IMG/VR virus record: IMGVR_UViG_3300008050_000026 | Coordinates: 1 to 64,000 of that record | Source of the DNA: a virus | Length of the DNA: 64,000 nt | Reading direction: 5' to 3' (one strand) | Shown here: in pieces, positions 8,762 through 17,989 of the stretch | Numbering within the stretch: the first letter of the stretch is position 1 | Layout: each line of letters begins with the position of its first letter | Made by a program: the position numbers and the translations under genes | The notes under the pieces: model-generated | What the model was told of the DNA's origin: nothing | The model's input: the letters and a program-made list of their open reading frames with translations, nothing else | The model's database searches: none

Positions 8762-10123
8762 ATGCTATTTTTAACATCTTTATCACCAGACCCAAAAGCC
8801 TACGAAGCCCAAAATATAGCAACCAAGACAATTCTAACCTTGGAGGGCTCAAGACTTATTTCATTCAATCACCCATCAGAAGTACCCCAGATCAAAAGGA
8901 TGTATCCAAATGTGGAGATACATTCAACTCAGATGACAGCTGAGAACCTATACAAGAAACCTTATGTAAGGATCAGTACTTTCTTGAATTGGGTAAGAGC
9001 AAATCAGGATATTGATGTTTTCGCACTTATCAACAGTGATATTATCATCGATAATGATGTTAAGAAATGGAAAACAGTAGAAGGTATTGTTCGAGGAGGT
9101 ACACATGTTATCGCTCAACGTTATGATTTCAATGACTATGGTAATATAAGGAATGCAAAGAAACAAGTCTGGGGAATAGACATGTTTGTCCTAAATAGGA
9201 GACATTTGAAGTTCCTGAACGATGACATCTATGCAATGGGACAACCTTACTGGGATTACTGGTTACCATTCTCATTGTTCAGCAATGGTGTAAGGGTAAT
9301 GAAGATCTTCAATACAAAATTGATATACCATAAGGCACATGCCCAACGATGGACAAATTCTACATGGCACATGCTAGCAAGACATTTCTCGAAATCAGTT
9401 GAGAAGAAGAAATGGAGATCACCAAAACATGATGATTATTCATTTGCCATGAGTGTATACAATGACATCTTGTATAATTCAGAAGAAATAGAATTTGAGA
9501 ACAAGTATCCAGACATACATATATTGTTCAGAAAGATCCTAAGAGGATTTAAGAACCCAGTTATCTTTGATCTTGGAGCTCACATGTGTCAAGATGCAAG
9601 AACATTGGCTTTCATTGGAGGAAGCAAGGTATATGCATTTGAACCAGATACAAGGACAGTTCCAGAAAAGTTACCACCTAACGTAGTTGTTGAAAGATTG
9701 GCAATTGGAGCAGAGAACAAACAGGTGGAAATGTATATGTCATCATTGCATGGAAGTGTACCATGGACACAATCATCAAGTATCAAGAAACCAACTGGAC
9801 ATAAGAAGAAGTTTCCGGGAGTAAAATTCAGTAAAGAGAAGAAGAACGTTCAGCTTGTAAAACTCGATACCTATTGTAAGGAGAAAGGTATAAAGCACAT
9901 TGATTTCATACATGCAGATATTCAAGGTGCTGAAATGGATTTCTTGATAGGAGCAAAGAAGATCCTTGACGATACTAAGTACCTATACATAGAATATTCG
10001 GATCAACAGTTGTATGAAGGACAACCTAACCTGACTCAGATCATGAATACATTGCCCGGGTGGTCCATTGTTGAGGACCTAAAGACTGATGTATTATTAA
10101 GAAACGATCGGTGGTTTGCATAA
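8762..10123 (+). CDS. glycosyltransferase-like domain fused to FkbM-family methyltransferase
   Basis: N-half INSDI..GIDMF..GQPYWDYWLP; C-half FDLGAH, YAFEP, KLDTY..IDFIHADIQGAE (FkbM pattern). Confidence 0.75.
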   Translation: MLFLTSLSPDPKAYEAQNIATKTILTLEGSRLISFNHPSEVPQIKRMYPNVEIHSTQMTAENLYKKPYVRISTFLNWVRANQDIDVFALINSDIIIDNDVKKWKTVEGIVRGGTHVIAQRYDFNDYGNIRNAKKQVWGIDMFVLNRRHLKFLNDDIYAMGQPYWDYWLPFSLFSNGVRVMKIFNTKLIYHKAHAQRWTNSTWHMLARHFSKSVEKKKWRSPKHDDYSFAMSVYNDILYNSEEIEFENKYPDIHILFRKILRGFKNPVIFDLGAHMCQDARTLAFIGGSKVYAFEPDTRTVPEKLPPNVVVERLAIGAENKQVEMYMSSLHGSVPWTQSSSIKKPTGHKKKFPGVKFSKEKKNVQLVKLDTYCKEKGIKHIDFIHADIQGAEMDFLIGAKKILDDTKYLYIEYSDQQLYEGQPNLTQIMNTLPGWSIVEDLKTDVLLRNDRWFA

Positions 10124-10805
10124 AATATACACTTCAATCGCCCCATTTGACCTGAAAAGGCAACGTGAAGCTCTGGAGACTTGGATATTTCATGGGTATC
10201 CTGTGATTTCCATCAATGACAAAAGAGAATTGGCGGGAATAAGCGTGTTAAAGGATGTTGTTGATATAAGGCAGATTGTACAGCTGAACATATTCCATTC
10301 AACACATGTGATGTTAGATAAGATCTTCGAGGAGATCAGAAAAGAAGATGAACATACAGTAGTGATAATGAATAGTGATATAAAGCTAATTGATCCAGAT
10401 GTATTTCAGAGGTTGGTAGAAGCAGTAGATGACCAGTTGATATATTGTAAGAAATGGAACTACAACATGGCAGGTCAACTATCCATAGAAAATCATGGCA
10501 TAGATATGTTCATGTTCAATTCAAAGATCCTTGATGAAATAGATCAAAGTTCTTTTTGCATAGGAAAACCCCTTTGGGATTTCTGGCTTCCATGGCAATT
10601 CCATAAGAAGCAGAAGCGAATTATGTCAGTTGAGACCAAATTCCTGACACATGACTACCATAAAAGGAATTGGAACAGGAATGATTACGTAAAGTTAGAG
10701 GGGAATTACAGACAGTATCCTGAACTGATGAATGTACCTCGGAAATACTTATCAAGCGTTATAAAGCGTGCTTTTGCCAATTCTATCGTGGCAACCTATC
10801 AATAG
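10116..10805 (+). CDS. glycosyltransferase-like protein, paralogue of the 8762 N-domain
   Basis: MNSDI..GIDMF..GKPLWDFWLP shared with upstream gene. Confidence 0.6.
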   Translation: MHKIYTSIAPFDLKRQREALETWIFHGYPVISINDKRELAGISVLKDVVDIRQIVQLNIFHSTHVMLDKIFEEIRKEDEHTVVIMNSDIKLIDPDVFQRLVEAVDDQLIYCKKWNYNMAGQLSIENHGIDMFMFNSKILDEIDQSSFCIGKPLWDFWLPWQFHKKQKRIMSVETKFLTHDYHKRNWNRNDYVKLEGNYRQYPELMNVPRKYLSSVIKRAFANSIVATYQ

Positions 10806-10809
10806 GACA

Positions 10810-10861
10810 GGAAAATAAAATAATTTTTTATTATTTCGTGTCAAGATAATGCTTATATTTA
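10810..10861 (+). promoter_or_regulatory. AT-rich variant promoter (TATATTTA) of accessory island
   Basis: Long AT-rich gap ending TATATTTA at 10854-10861, one mismatch to TAnnTTTG. Confidence 0.4.
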
Positions 10862-10888
10862 TCTCGAAGTTTAACTAACACACGAACT

Positions 10889-11263
10889 ATGAACAACACT
10901 ATCAAGATCTTGGCCCAGTACGAGGAAAACTACGCTTGGGCCGATTGGGATGGCAAAGGGGAATGTCCCCAAGGCTGGAAGTTCAAGGGGTCAGCCACCC
11001 TTGAGGTAACACTTTCAGATGATGCCAGATGGTTGAACGGTGAGGACATCGCCAAGGCAGCCAAGTTAATATGTGAACAACGATCAGGGGACTCCACGCG
11101 ATTGACCTATGTCAGCTATGAAATTCCTGAGTCAGTTGATTGGGAAGTTACGGAGGATGAATGGGAAAAGGCCTTGAAAGAGGCCAATCCTCCTCAGGAG
11201 GATATGTTCGGTCCAGATGAATTGGATCCAGCTGGAGGTTATGGTTTACATTCACACGTTTAA
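10889..11263 (+). CDS. phage hypothetical protein
   Basis: QYEENY..WDGKGECPQGWKFKG motif; C-terminal DPAGGYGLHSHV. Confidence 0.7.
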   Translation: MNNTIKILAQYEENYAWADWDGKGECPQGWKFKGSATLEVTLSDDARWLNGEDIAKAAKLICEQRSGDSTRLTYVSYEIPESVDWEVTEDEWEKALKEANPPQEDMFGPDELDPAGGYGLHSHV

Positions 11264-11273
11264 TTAGATAGAT

Positions 11274-11522
11274 ATGAAAAAGGAAAAATCGCACGAATGG
11301 GAAACAGTTTGGTCCCCTATGATATGGGGAATTGGAATTGCAATTGCAATTTGCTTATTGGCTTGGGGGTACATAAGTTTGATGGCCACAAAACATAAGG
11401 CACATAGAGCCACCCTACCAAAGATCGAGGAGTTCAGATCGGTCCAAGTACTAACAATCCAAGGCGACACCGTCACTATTAGAGGTGGAGCTACATGTCA
11501 CATCTATAAGGAATTGAAATAA
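11274..11522 (+). CDS. small membrane protein
   Basis: One TM segment; TAATG coupling to next gene. Confidence 0.6.
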   Translation: MKKEKSHEWETVWSPMIWGIGIAIAICLLAWGYISLMATKHKAHRATLPKIEEFRSVQVLTIQGDTVTIRGGATCHIYKELK

Positions 11523-11776
11523 TGCCAAAGATCAAAAAGAAATTTCCAACCAACGGGGACTTGGAACCATTTTTCAGCCCAATTGATATTAATCAAATGA
11601 ATGCTTTGAAAGGAACCAACACTTGCAGGGTTTATGTGGACCGTTTCGGCAATGGGTACATGGTATCACCAAAACCTAAGTACAAAAACGACCATTACCC
11701 ACGTGAATACAAATTAGAATTTCAACAAATGGAAGCGAACGGCAAAGGTGGCTGGTGGTTTCCACAACCAAAATAA
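11522..11776 (+). CDS. hypothetical protein
   Basis: 84 aa coupled ORF. Confidence 0.6.
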   Translation: MPKIKKKFPTNGDLEPFFSPIDINQMNALKGTNTCRVYVDRFGNGYMVSPKPKYKNDHYPREYKLEFQQMEANGKGGWWFPQPK

Positions 11777-11780
11777 GATC

Positions 11781-12221
11781 ATGAAAACAGATATTGAAAG
11801 AGTGAAAGAATACCTGATTTCAGCTGGAGGAGCAGCTGAGTTCCATACCTTGAACGACCTTTGCCTTAGTGTAACAGGTGAAGGGGAAGTCGTAAGGGTT
11901 GTCAAATGTAAAGTTACTGACGACAATCCTTTTGGTGTAAAGGATGCCCCACATGGGATAGGACCTTTGCAAATGAATGATTTGATTGTCATTGTCAAGG
12001 AGGAAATGTTCAAGAAAAAGATAATGAACAAGTTTCAGAAGATAACTGGACATCATTTCTATGAACAAGCCCAGGTACTTCCAATGAAGTTACTGAAAAC
12101 TGTTCAAACATTGAACAACGAATTTGGGGATAAAAGGCAATACGCTCCATTGTTCATGAATGGTGATTGTGTAAAATTTCATACTGAGTCCACAAAGGTA
12201 CTTGCTGCCCGAACATTGTAA
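11781..12221 (+). CDS. hypothetical protein
   Basis: ORF 11748..12221; ATG 11781 (MKTDIE) follows upstream stop. Confidence 0.6.
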   Translation: MKTDIERVKEYLISAGGAAEFHTLNDLCLSVTGEGEVVRVVKCKVTDDNPFGVKDAPHGIGPLQMNDLIVIVKEEMFKKKIMNKFQKITGHHFYEQAQVLPMKLLKTVQTLNNEFGDKRQYAPLFMNGDCVKFHTESTKVLAARTL

Positions 12222-12232
12222 TAAGAAATTAT

Positions 12233-12240
12233 TATATTTG
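12233..12240 (+). promoter_or_regulatory. Bacteroidota-type -7 promoter element (candidate ncRNA promoter)
   Basis: TATATTTG immediately before a structured non-coding stretch. Confidence 0.6.
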
Positions 12241-12246
12241 GTGTGT

Positions 12247-12360
12247 GACAAGGAAAGAGGTCATGGACCAGAGCATCCTTGAAATACCAACAACAGTATG
12301 CCGAACTTCGGTTCTTTGCATCAGAAACGGTTAAATCATGTTTTGCTCTGGTCCAATTTT
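12247..12360 (+). ncRNA. candidate structured small RNA
   Basis: Perfect 12-bp closing stem TGGACCAGAGCA (12264-12275) / TGCTCTGGTCCA (12344-12355); internal GAAC-TTCG-GTTC tetraloop hairpin; own promoter motif; T-tract after; ends approximate. Confidence 0.5.
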
Positions 12361-12361
12361 G

Positions 12362-12369
12362 TAAATTTG
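12362..12369 (+). promoter_or_regulatory. Bacteroidota-type -7 promoter element (near-leaderless)
   Basis: TAAATTTG 7 nt before ATG 12377. Confidence 0.55.
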
Positions 12370-12376
12370 TAAACTA

Positions 12377-12583
12377 ATGCCAACAGTTATACTTATCGAT
12401 AAAGATCTTAAAGATTGGGTTCATAATCATGAAGTCCCATTTGCACATAGGACAGGTGATGATCTACCTGAAAAGAAACTAACTGTTGATTTCAATAAGA
12501 CATATCGTGTATATGAGAACAAACGAGAAGTCCTCATGACTGCTTCTTCATCTGAAGCAATCGACAAATACAATTCAATCTAA
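12377..12583 (+). CDS. hypothetical protein
   Basis: 68 aa; TAATG coupling. Confidence 0.6.
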   Translation: MPTVILIDKDLKDWVHNHEVPFAHRTGDDLPEKKLTVDFNKTYRVYENKREVLMTASSSEAIDKYNSI

Positions 12584-12819
12584 TGGCTAAGCAAAGAAAA
12601 AGCAAGAAAAAACATCATTTTTTAGTAAAAGATTGCAAGGTTGGTGATACAATCATCATTACATCTACTGATATTGGTAAGGATCGAGTAAATTGGCCAA
12701 CAATTCGAGATGGTATAATTGCGAAAGCTAAAGATCTTGGATGTTTCAAAGATCTAACGTTGGAAAATATTGATGATGGTACTGAAAATAAAGTCAAAGT
12801 AATGTTCTATGAAGCTTGA
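12583..12819 (+). CDS. hypothetical protein
   Basis: 78 aa coupled ORF. Confidence 0.6.
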   Translation: MAKQRKSKKKHHFLVKDCKVGDTIIITSTDIGKDRVNWPTIRDGIIAKAKDLGCFKDLTLENIDDGTENKVKVMFYEA

Positions 12820-13546
12820 TATTGTCATCCCATTGGGGATGGAAGGAATGGGATGGGATGATAATGAATTGAAATATGCATTGCGATCCATTGAAAAAAA
12901 CTTCAAAGATCTTGGTCAAGTATGGATCATAGGATATAAGCCAAATTGGTTGGTGAATGTAAAGTATATCCAAGCATTCGATCCATATAAGCACAACAAA
13001 GATGCTAACCTGATCAATAAGATAATCCTTGCGTGTCAGCAAGATGAATTATCTGAACAATTCCTATTCACATCTGATGATCATTTCATAATGAAACCTG
13101 TGGATGCTTCATGGTTTGATAGGCCATTGATGGACAATAGCCAGATGAAATTTGACAGAAATAAGAAATTGAACAGATGGCAACAAAGATTGGTTCAAAC
13201 TGAGGCAGCATGTTTGGCAAGGTCTCGCCCATCGAATTGTTACGAGGCACATGTACCATATAAATTCAACAAGCGATTATATCCTCATTTTATGCTTCAA
13301 TTCGACTATGGCGAGGGCCTTGGGTATACATTGGCTTCTCCATATTTCAATTCAGTTCAATTAGAATATCAGGAACCTGAAGAAAATACTGTTGCCAGAG
13401 TCAATCATAAGGTCCAGTCACGAGAAGAATTGGATGGACTTGTGAAGGATAAGATGTTCTTCAACTATTCAACAGTTGCATTTGACGATACAATTAAGAC
13501 ATTCCTTGCGGAAAGATTTACAGAAAAGAGTAAATTTGAAGCATGA
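12809..13546 (+). CDS. Stealth-family-like sugar-phosphate transferase
   Basis: LDIVIP, ELKYALRSIEKNF, VWIIG..PNWL, LSEQFLFTSDDHF, HVPY: Stealth CR1-CR3-like motifs. Confidence 0.7.
   Translation: MKLDIVIPLGMEGMGWDDNELKYALRSIEKNFKDLGQVWIIGYKPNWLVNVKYIQAFDPYKHNKDANLINKIILACQQDELSEQFLFTSDDHFIMKPVDASWFDRPLMDNSQMKFDRNKKLNRWQQRLVQTEAACLARSRPSNCYEAHVPYKFNKRLYPHFMLQFDYGEGLGYTLASPYFNSVQLEYQEPEENTVARVNHKVQSREELDGLVKDKMFFNYSTVAFDDTIKTFLAERFTEKSKFEA
13531..13538 (+). promoter_or_regulatory. Bacteroidota-type -7 promoter element for cargo block
   Basis: TAAATTTG in the 3' end of the upstream gene, ~40 nt before ATG 13578. Confidence 0.5.
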
Positions 13547-13577
13547 CAACCGTAAACCTTGATCCGAAGATTAGAAG

Positions 13578-14978
13578 ATGTCTAAGAAAATCATAGCTAC
13601 CGATCACCTCCACGTAGCGAAGAACCTTGTTGAAATGTACAAGGGCAAAGAGGATTACAACTCAGAAAAAATTTCAGGTGTATTGGATTACAACCTTGAA
13701 AAAGGTATCATTGATGATGATCAATTCTGTAATGCTAAGGACCAATTGGATACCATTGAAAAAGGTAGGGGAAAGACAAAGAAGATCGGGGAGTTGGATA
13801 AATCAGGCAGGAATATTAAGACTGCCAATGGTTGGGTTCCAGTTAAACATGCTGCAAAAACACATGCAGGCGCAGCTGAAGCAATTGCCAAGAAACAAGC
13901 TGCGGGACTTGATATTTCAAACTATGGACTTGATGAATACCATAAGATCATTGACTCAGCTGTAAAATCAAGGAAAGGTTTCTATACTGGATCTGGATAT
14001 GATACAGATGTTGATTTATATGAAGAAAGGAAAGCATGGGGTGAAAGTTCAAGAAAAACTTACGCGATCTTAAATCTGTTTCATCCAAGAAATAATTTCA
14101 AATATGCATTAGGTCAACAGGATACGTTGGCTACTAAGGTTCTAATGGAAACAACCAATGGGAAAACTTGGAAGAAAGTTGAAGAGCAAGTAATTGGTCA
14201 TGGATATGGTGGTCAAGTTCTTAAAGGTAAGATGGGGCGAATTGATAGTGCATACAATGGGAATGACTATAACAAGTTACGTCTTTCTCCTACGTGGATA
14301 AAACATAGGGAAAATAAAGCTGCTGAAACTAAAGAAAAAGCTGAATTCAAAAATGATCTACTTTCAAAGATACCATTTGATAGTAAGGATGAAGCCAGAA
14401 TTAAAAATATCATTGCAAGGTCAAAAGGTTCAGATAATTCAGCAATGAGTTTTGCACAAAGTATGGCTAATTCTATTAAGGATCCTAATAAAGCTATTCA
14501 ACGAGCATCTGCAGCTCATTCATTAGGACATGGTAGAATAGCTGACATATTTCTTGAAGAGGCATTCAATCTTGGATATGTTTATGAAGAACCTTACTCG
14601 CCAAAGAAAAGGAAACGAGATGGTGAACCTAAGAACTATGGTAGACCTTCACCTATCCTACCTATAGGAAAAATCAATTTGAATACTGGATCTTCTAAAT
14701 ATTTCAATGTTTATGAAACGTGGGGTGAAGACTCAACCTATGAAATATACAAAGATCTTAATTCTGGATGGAGTGATGGATCTAAGAAAAATTACAAGAT
14801 CGTCGTAACATCAGGTAAATCACCTATAAATGATGTTGGTGATAAGGCAGGTTTCATACACGATCAAAATCATAGAGGATTATTTGATGGTGAAATGATA
14901 GACCATGCGACAGGTTCAGAATTAAAAAGGTTAGCAGCAACGTATGGTAATTCAATTTCAGGATACGTATACAAGTAA
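13578..14978 (+). CDS. putative capsid-internal cargo protein 1 (type I header)
   Basis: Leader ..TIEK|G then RGKTKKIGELDKSGRNIKTANGWVPVK; unique C-terminal domains. Confidence 0.6.
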   Translation: MSKKIIATDHLHVAKNLVEMYKGKEDYNSEKISGVLDYNLEKGIIDDDQFCNAKDQLDTIEKGRGKTKKIGELDKSGRNIKTANGWVPVKHAAKTHAGAAEAIAKKQAAGLDISNYGLDEYHKIIDSAVKSRKGFYTGSGYDTDVDLYEERKAWGESSRKTYAILNLFHPRNNFKYALGQQDTLATKVLMETTNGKTWKKVEEQVIGHGYGGQVLKGKMGRIDSAYNGNDYNKLRLSPTWIKHRENKAAETKEKAEFKNDLLSKIPFDSKDEARIKNIIARSKGSDNSAMSFAQSMANSIKDPNKAIQRASAAHSLGHGRIADIFLEEAFNLGYVYEEPYSPKKRKRDGEPKNYGRPSPILPIGKINLNTGSSKYFNVYETWGEDSTYEIYKDLNSGWSDGSKKNYKIVVTSGKSPINDVGDKAGFIHDQNHRGLFDGEMIDHATGSELKRLAATYGNSISGYVYK

Positions 14979-15937
14979 TGAACAACGAGGAAAAGCGCAT
15001 ATCGAATAATATTCTCAAATCCTATGGATTAGACATTGAGAAGGGTAGGGGAACCACCAAGAAAATTGGCGAACTTGATAAGTCAGGCAAGAATATCAAA
15101 ACTGCGAATGGCTGGGTACCTGTTAAAAAACATCAAGCAGGAGGTAGTTCTGAACCAAAAGAGGGAACAATAGCAAGTATCAAAAAAGTTGCAAGAAGTT
15201 TAGGTATACCAAACGATCCAAGTGGATTAAGCGATTTTGTATCTTGGACAAAACGAGGAGGATATGCTGGTGAAAAGAAGGTAGGCACTGTTTCAAGAAA
15301 AGCTATTGAACTTGGTTGGAAAGAGGAAAGCGATTACCATGATACACATCCAGCAAATGGAAATACATCAAAAGGTACAATATTTATCTCACCTGATGGT
15401 AAATTCAAATTAGATGCCAGTGTGTACTTTGGTGAAACTGCAAGCAAAAATGCTTATGGGTTAATGCTAAAAAGGGTTAAGGAGCCTGAAACAAAAGGTG
15501 ATGGTTCAGGACTTCTTGATAAAGTAAAAGAAAATCTGAGAAAAGAAAAACCTCTTACTGCGGCTGTAATTGCTGTGGGTGTTATTAACATGAATACTGG
15601 AATGACTGGTCATGGTTGGAGTATTTATGAAAACAAAGGAATGCATGCTTTCTTGACAGATCAAGGTTCATTGCTATTAGGAAATCCAAAAACATTTGAA
15701 GTTGGTAACAAGGACATAACTCTTAGAGACAATGACTCAAATAGGCGAAAAGAATATGGAGTTGAGATAATTGATAAAGCACCTTGTAATAAAGATGAGC
15801 TTTTAAGTATGCTTGAAAAACACAGGTATCATTATAAACCATTGAAAGCGTTTAGAAAAAGACCTGAGGGAAGTAGAAAATTACGTACATCATATTCTGT
15901 AAAAGGAACTGATCACACTGAAAATTGGAGAAAATGA
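14978..15937 (+). CDS. putative capsid-internal cargo protein 2 (type I header)
   Basis: MNNEEKRISNNILKSYGLDIEK|GRGTTKKIGELDKSGKNIKTANGWVPVK. Confidence 0.6.
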   Translation: MNNEEKRISNNILKSYGLDIEKGRGTTKKIGELDKSGKNIKTANGWVPVKKHQAGGSSEPKEGTIASIKKVARSLGIPNDPSGLSDFVSWTKRGGYAGEKKVGTVSRKAIELGWKEESDYHDTHPANGNTSKGTIFISPDGKFKLDASVYFGETASKNAYGLMLKRVKEPETKGDGSGLLDKVKENLRKEKPLTAAVIAVGVINMNTGMTGHGWSIYENKGMHAFLTDQGSLLLGNPKTFEVGNKDITLRDNDSNRRKEYGVEIIDKAPCNKDELLSMLEKHRYHYKPLKAFRKRPEGSRKLRTSYSVKGTDHTENWRK

Positions 15938-16674
15938 AACCAGTAGCTAAAGACGAACAGAACATTAAGAACCGTATTGCTGAAATGTATGGCAATAAGG
16001 ATGTTCCTACATGTGAAGCAATTGCGAAATCGCTTGGTAAAAAACTCAAATCGGGTGTTATTGATCAAACCTTACATGACAAGGCGATTAACCAACTTAA
16101 TGGTACTGTTGAGAAAGGTGATGATGGGGAACTTGAAAAAGCTCACAAATATGTTAGCAGGTCTGGATCTAAAGGTCATTATAAGTATGTATATCGAGAG
16201 CATGGAGAAAAACCAGCTACAAAACATTTTGATGTAGGTGATCACGTTATGACACCATTTTCAGGAACTATAGTTGTTAGTAAAGTTGAAGGAAATGTTA
16301 TTTGGGATCATAATGGAAGAAGGATCAGTGGTTTCCAATTAAAAGATGCTGAAATAATCGGTTCACCAGAAGCACGTAGGAGAAAGGCACAAACAATTCA
16401 AGATGCCCATAATGCCAAGATAAAAGCTGAAAAGCGAGAAAGGCAGGCAAATAAGATGACTGAAGCTAAATACAATGCAGCCATTAAAGAATGGGCATCG
16501 TCATTGGCTCATGATCTTGGTGACGAAGCAATGGAAAATGTAGGTGAAACAGTTGAGAATTTCATACTTGCTCATCCAAACGTTGTAGACTATATTGAAA
16601 ATAGAAACACGTATGGATACGATAACGACCCACCTGAACTTAGAATCCAATGGGACTTAGAAGGACAACTATAA
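15934..16674 (+). CDS. putative capsid-internal cargo protein 3 (type II header)
   Basis: ATGA overlap at 15934; ..ELEK|AHKYVSRSGSKGHYKYVY. Confidence 0.6.
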   Translation: MKPVAKDEQNIKNRIAEMYGNKDVPTCEAIAKSLGKKLKSGVIDQTLHDKAINQLNGTVEKGDDGELEKAHKYVSRSGSKGHYKYVYREHGEKPATKHFDVGDHVMTPFSGTIVVSKVEGNVIWDHNGRRISGFQLKDAEIIGSPEARRRKAQTIQDAHNAKIKAEKRERQANKMTEAKYNAAIKEWASSLAHDLGDEAMENVGETVENFILAHPNVVDYIENRNTYGYDNDPPELRIQWDLEGQL

Positions 16675-17978
16675 TGAACCAAGAGGAGCAACGCATATCA
16701 AATAATATTTCAAAGGCTTACGGTATTGATATCGAGAAGGCCAGAGGTAAGGTGAAGAAGATTGGTGAACTTGATAAATCTGGAAAGAATATCAAGACAG
16801 CCAATGGATGGGTGCCTGTGAAAAAACATGGTTCTACTTCAATCAAAAAGAAAGCTTCACCAAAACCTAAAAAGGCTAATGCATCTATTCAAGATGATGT
16901 TGCTGGTCCTGATAAAAAAGGAGGATCAAAATTACTTGGTTTTGAAACGTACGATGTTAAAACAAGAATGGATCGTGCAGTTCTGTTTAGCAACTATGAA
17001 GAAAAATACATGGCTGACCATTTTGAAACAAAATGGAAAAGTGATCTAAGCGACCACCAGAAGAATGAAATAAGGGAAGCATTCTTTGCAGATCATGGTA
17101 GAGGAAAAGATAGTGCTGATCCAGAAAAAATAAGCGAACTTCTTGGGGGTAAGTTATCAGAGAAAAATGAAGCTTTATTTGCAATTGAGTCATTTTACAT
17201 ACGCGATCACGAAAAAGGCAACTATACAGATGATATGCTTAATTCTGTAACTGAAAAGACCAAAAAGGTTGTTTCACTTATTGAAAAGAATAAAGATACG
17301 TTCCAAAACTTTATAGCATCATTATATCCAGATACTGAGTCAGCAAATCGTGTTGTTTTGAGATCAAAGGATTTTGACATAATTACAGACGATCTTAATA
17401 CTGCTGCTTTCAAAATGGAATACAGGCCTAAAAAATGGGATAGCAATAGACCAAACATTGGCTTCAAATGTGTTCTTTCAAATGGTAAGATCAATACCAA
17501 TTTGAAAGCAATGCAAACAAACACAGAAAATAGTTTGGCTCGTTTTCCAGACTCTGGAACAAAAGAGCGCCTTGAATTAGAAAAGAAACTGGTTGATAGA
17601 ACAGGAGGTGACTCATCATCTAATGCAAAACATGATGATGAGCTTATTGATCTTCAAAAAATTTATGATAATTATCATACGCTTTCAAGACATTCACATA
17701 AGCAATCAACATCAAATCTTAGTAGAAAGGATGAAAACACATTGCATTTCCACGTAGGTGATATTGGTAAGAAAAAACAAGTTCATGATACTATTAGGGA
17801 TGCATTTTCACTTAGCGTTCCATCTTCAATAGGTGATTACAAGTTACAGGGAATTACTAATGGTGAAAAAATAGTTTCAAAACGTGATCACATGAAGCGA
17901 GCTCTTGAGGTTAGGGAAAATGATTACAGCGAATATGAGAATGATTATAGTATAACGTATGTTTATACTAAGAAATAA
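16674..17978 (+). CDS. putative capsid-internal cargo protein 4 (type I header)
   Basis: TAATG start at 16674; MNQEEQRISNNISKAYGIDIEK|ARGKVKKIGELDKSGKNIKTANGWVPVK. Confidence 0.6.
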   Translation: MNQEEQRISNNISKAYGIDIEKARGKVKKIGELDKSGKNIKTANGWVPVKKHGSTSIKKKASPKPKKANASIQDDVAGPDKKGGSKLLGFETYDVKTRMDRAVLFSNYEEKYMADHFETKWKSDLSDHQKNEIREAFFADHGRGKDSADPEKISELLGGKLSEKNEALFAIESFYIRDHEKGNYTDDMLNSVTEKTKKVVSLIEKNKDTFQNFIASLYPDTESANRVVLRSKDFDIITDDLNTAAFKMEYRPKKWDSNRPNIGFKCVLSNGKINTNLKAMQTNTENSLARFPDSGTKERLELEKKLVDRTGGDSSSNAKHDDELIDLQKIYDNYHTLSRHSHKQSTSNLSRKDENTLHFHVGDIGKKKQVHDTIRDAFSLSVPSSIGDYKLQGITNGEKIVSKRDHMKRALEVRENDYSEYENDYSITYVYTKK

Positions 17979-17989
17979 GTAAATCAATA

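Noticed and set aside
12264-12355. tRNA, tmRNA or simple terminator
   Set aside because: No D-arm/anticodon/TTC-arm cloverleaf, too short for tmRNA, and the enclosed region is too long for a terminator hairpin.
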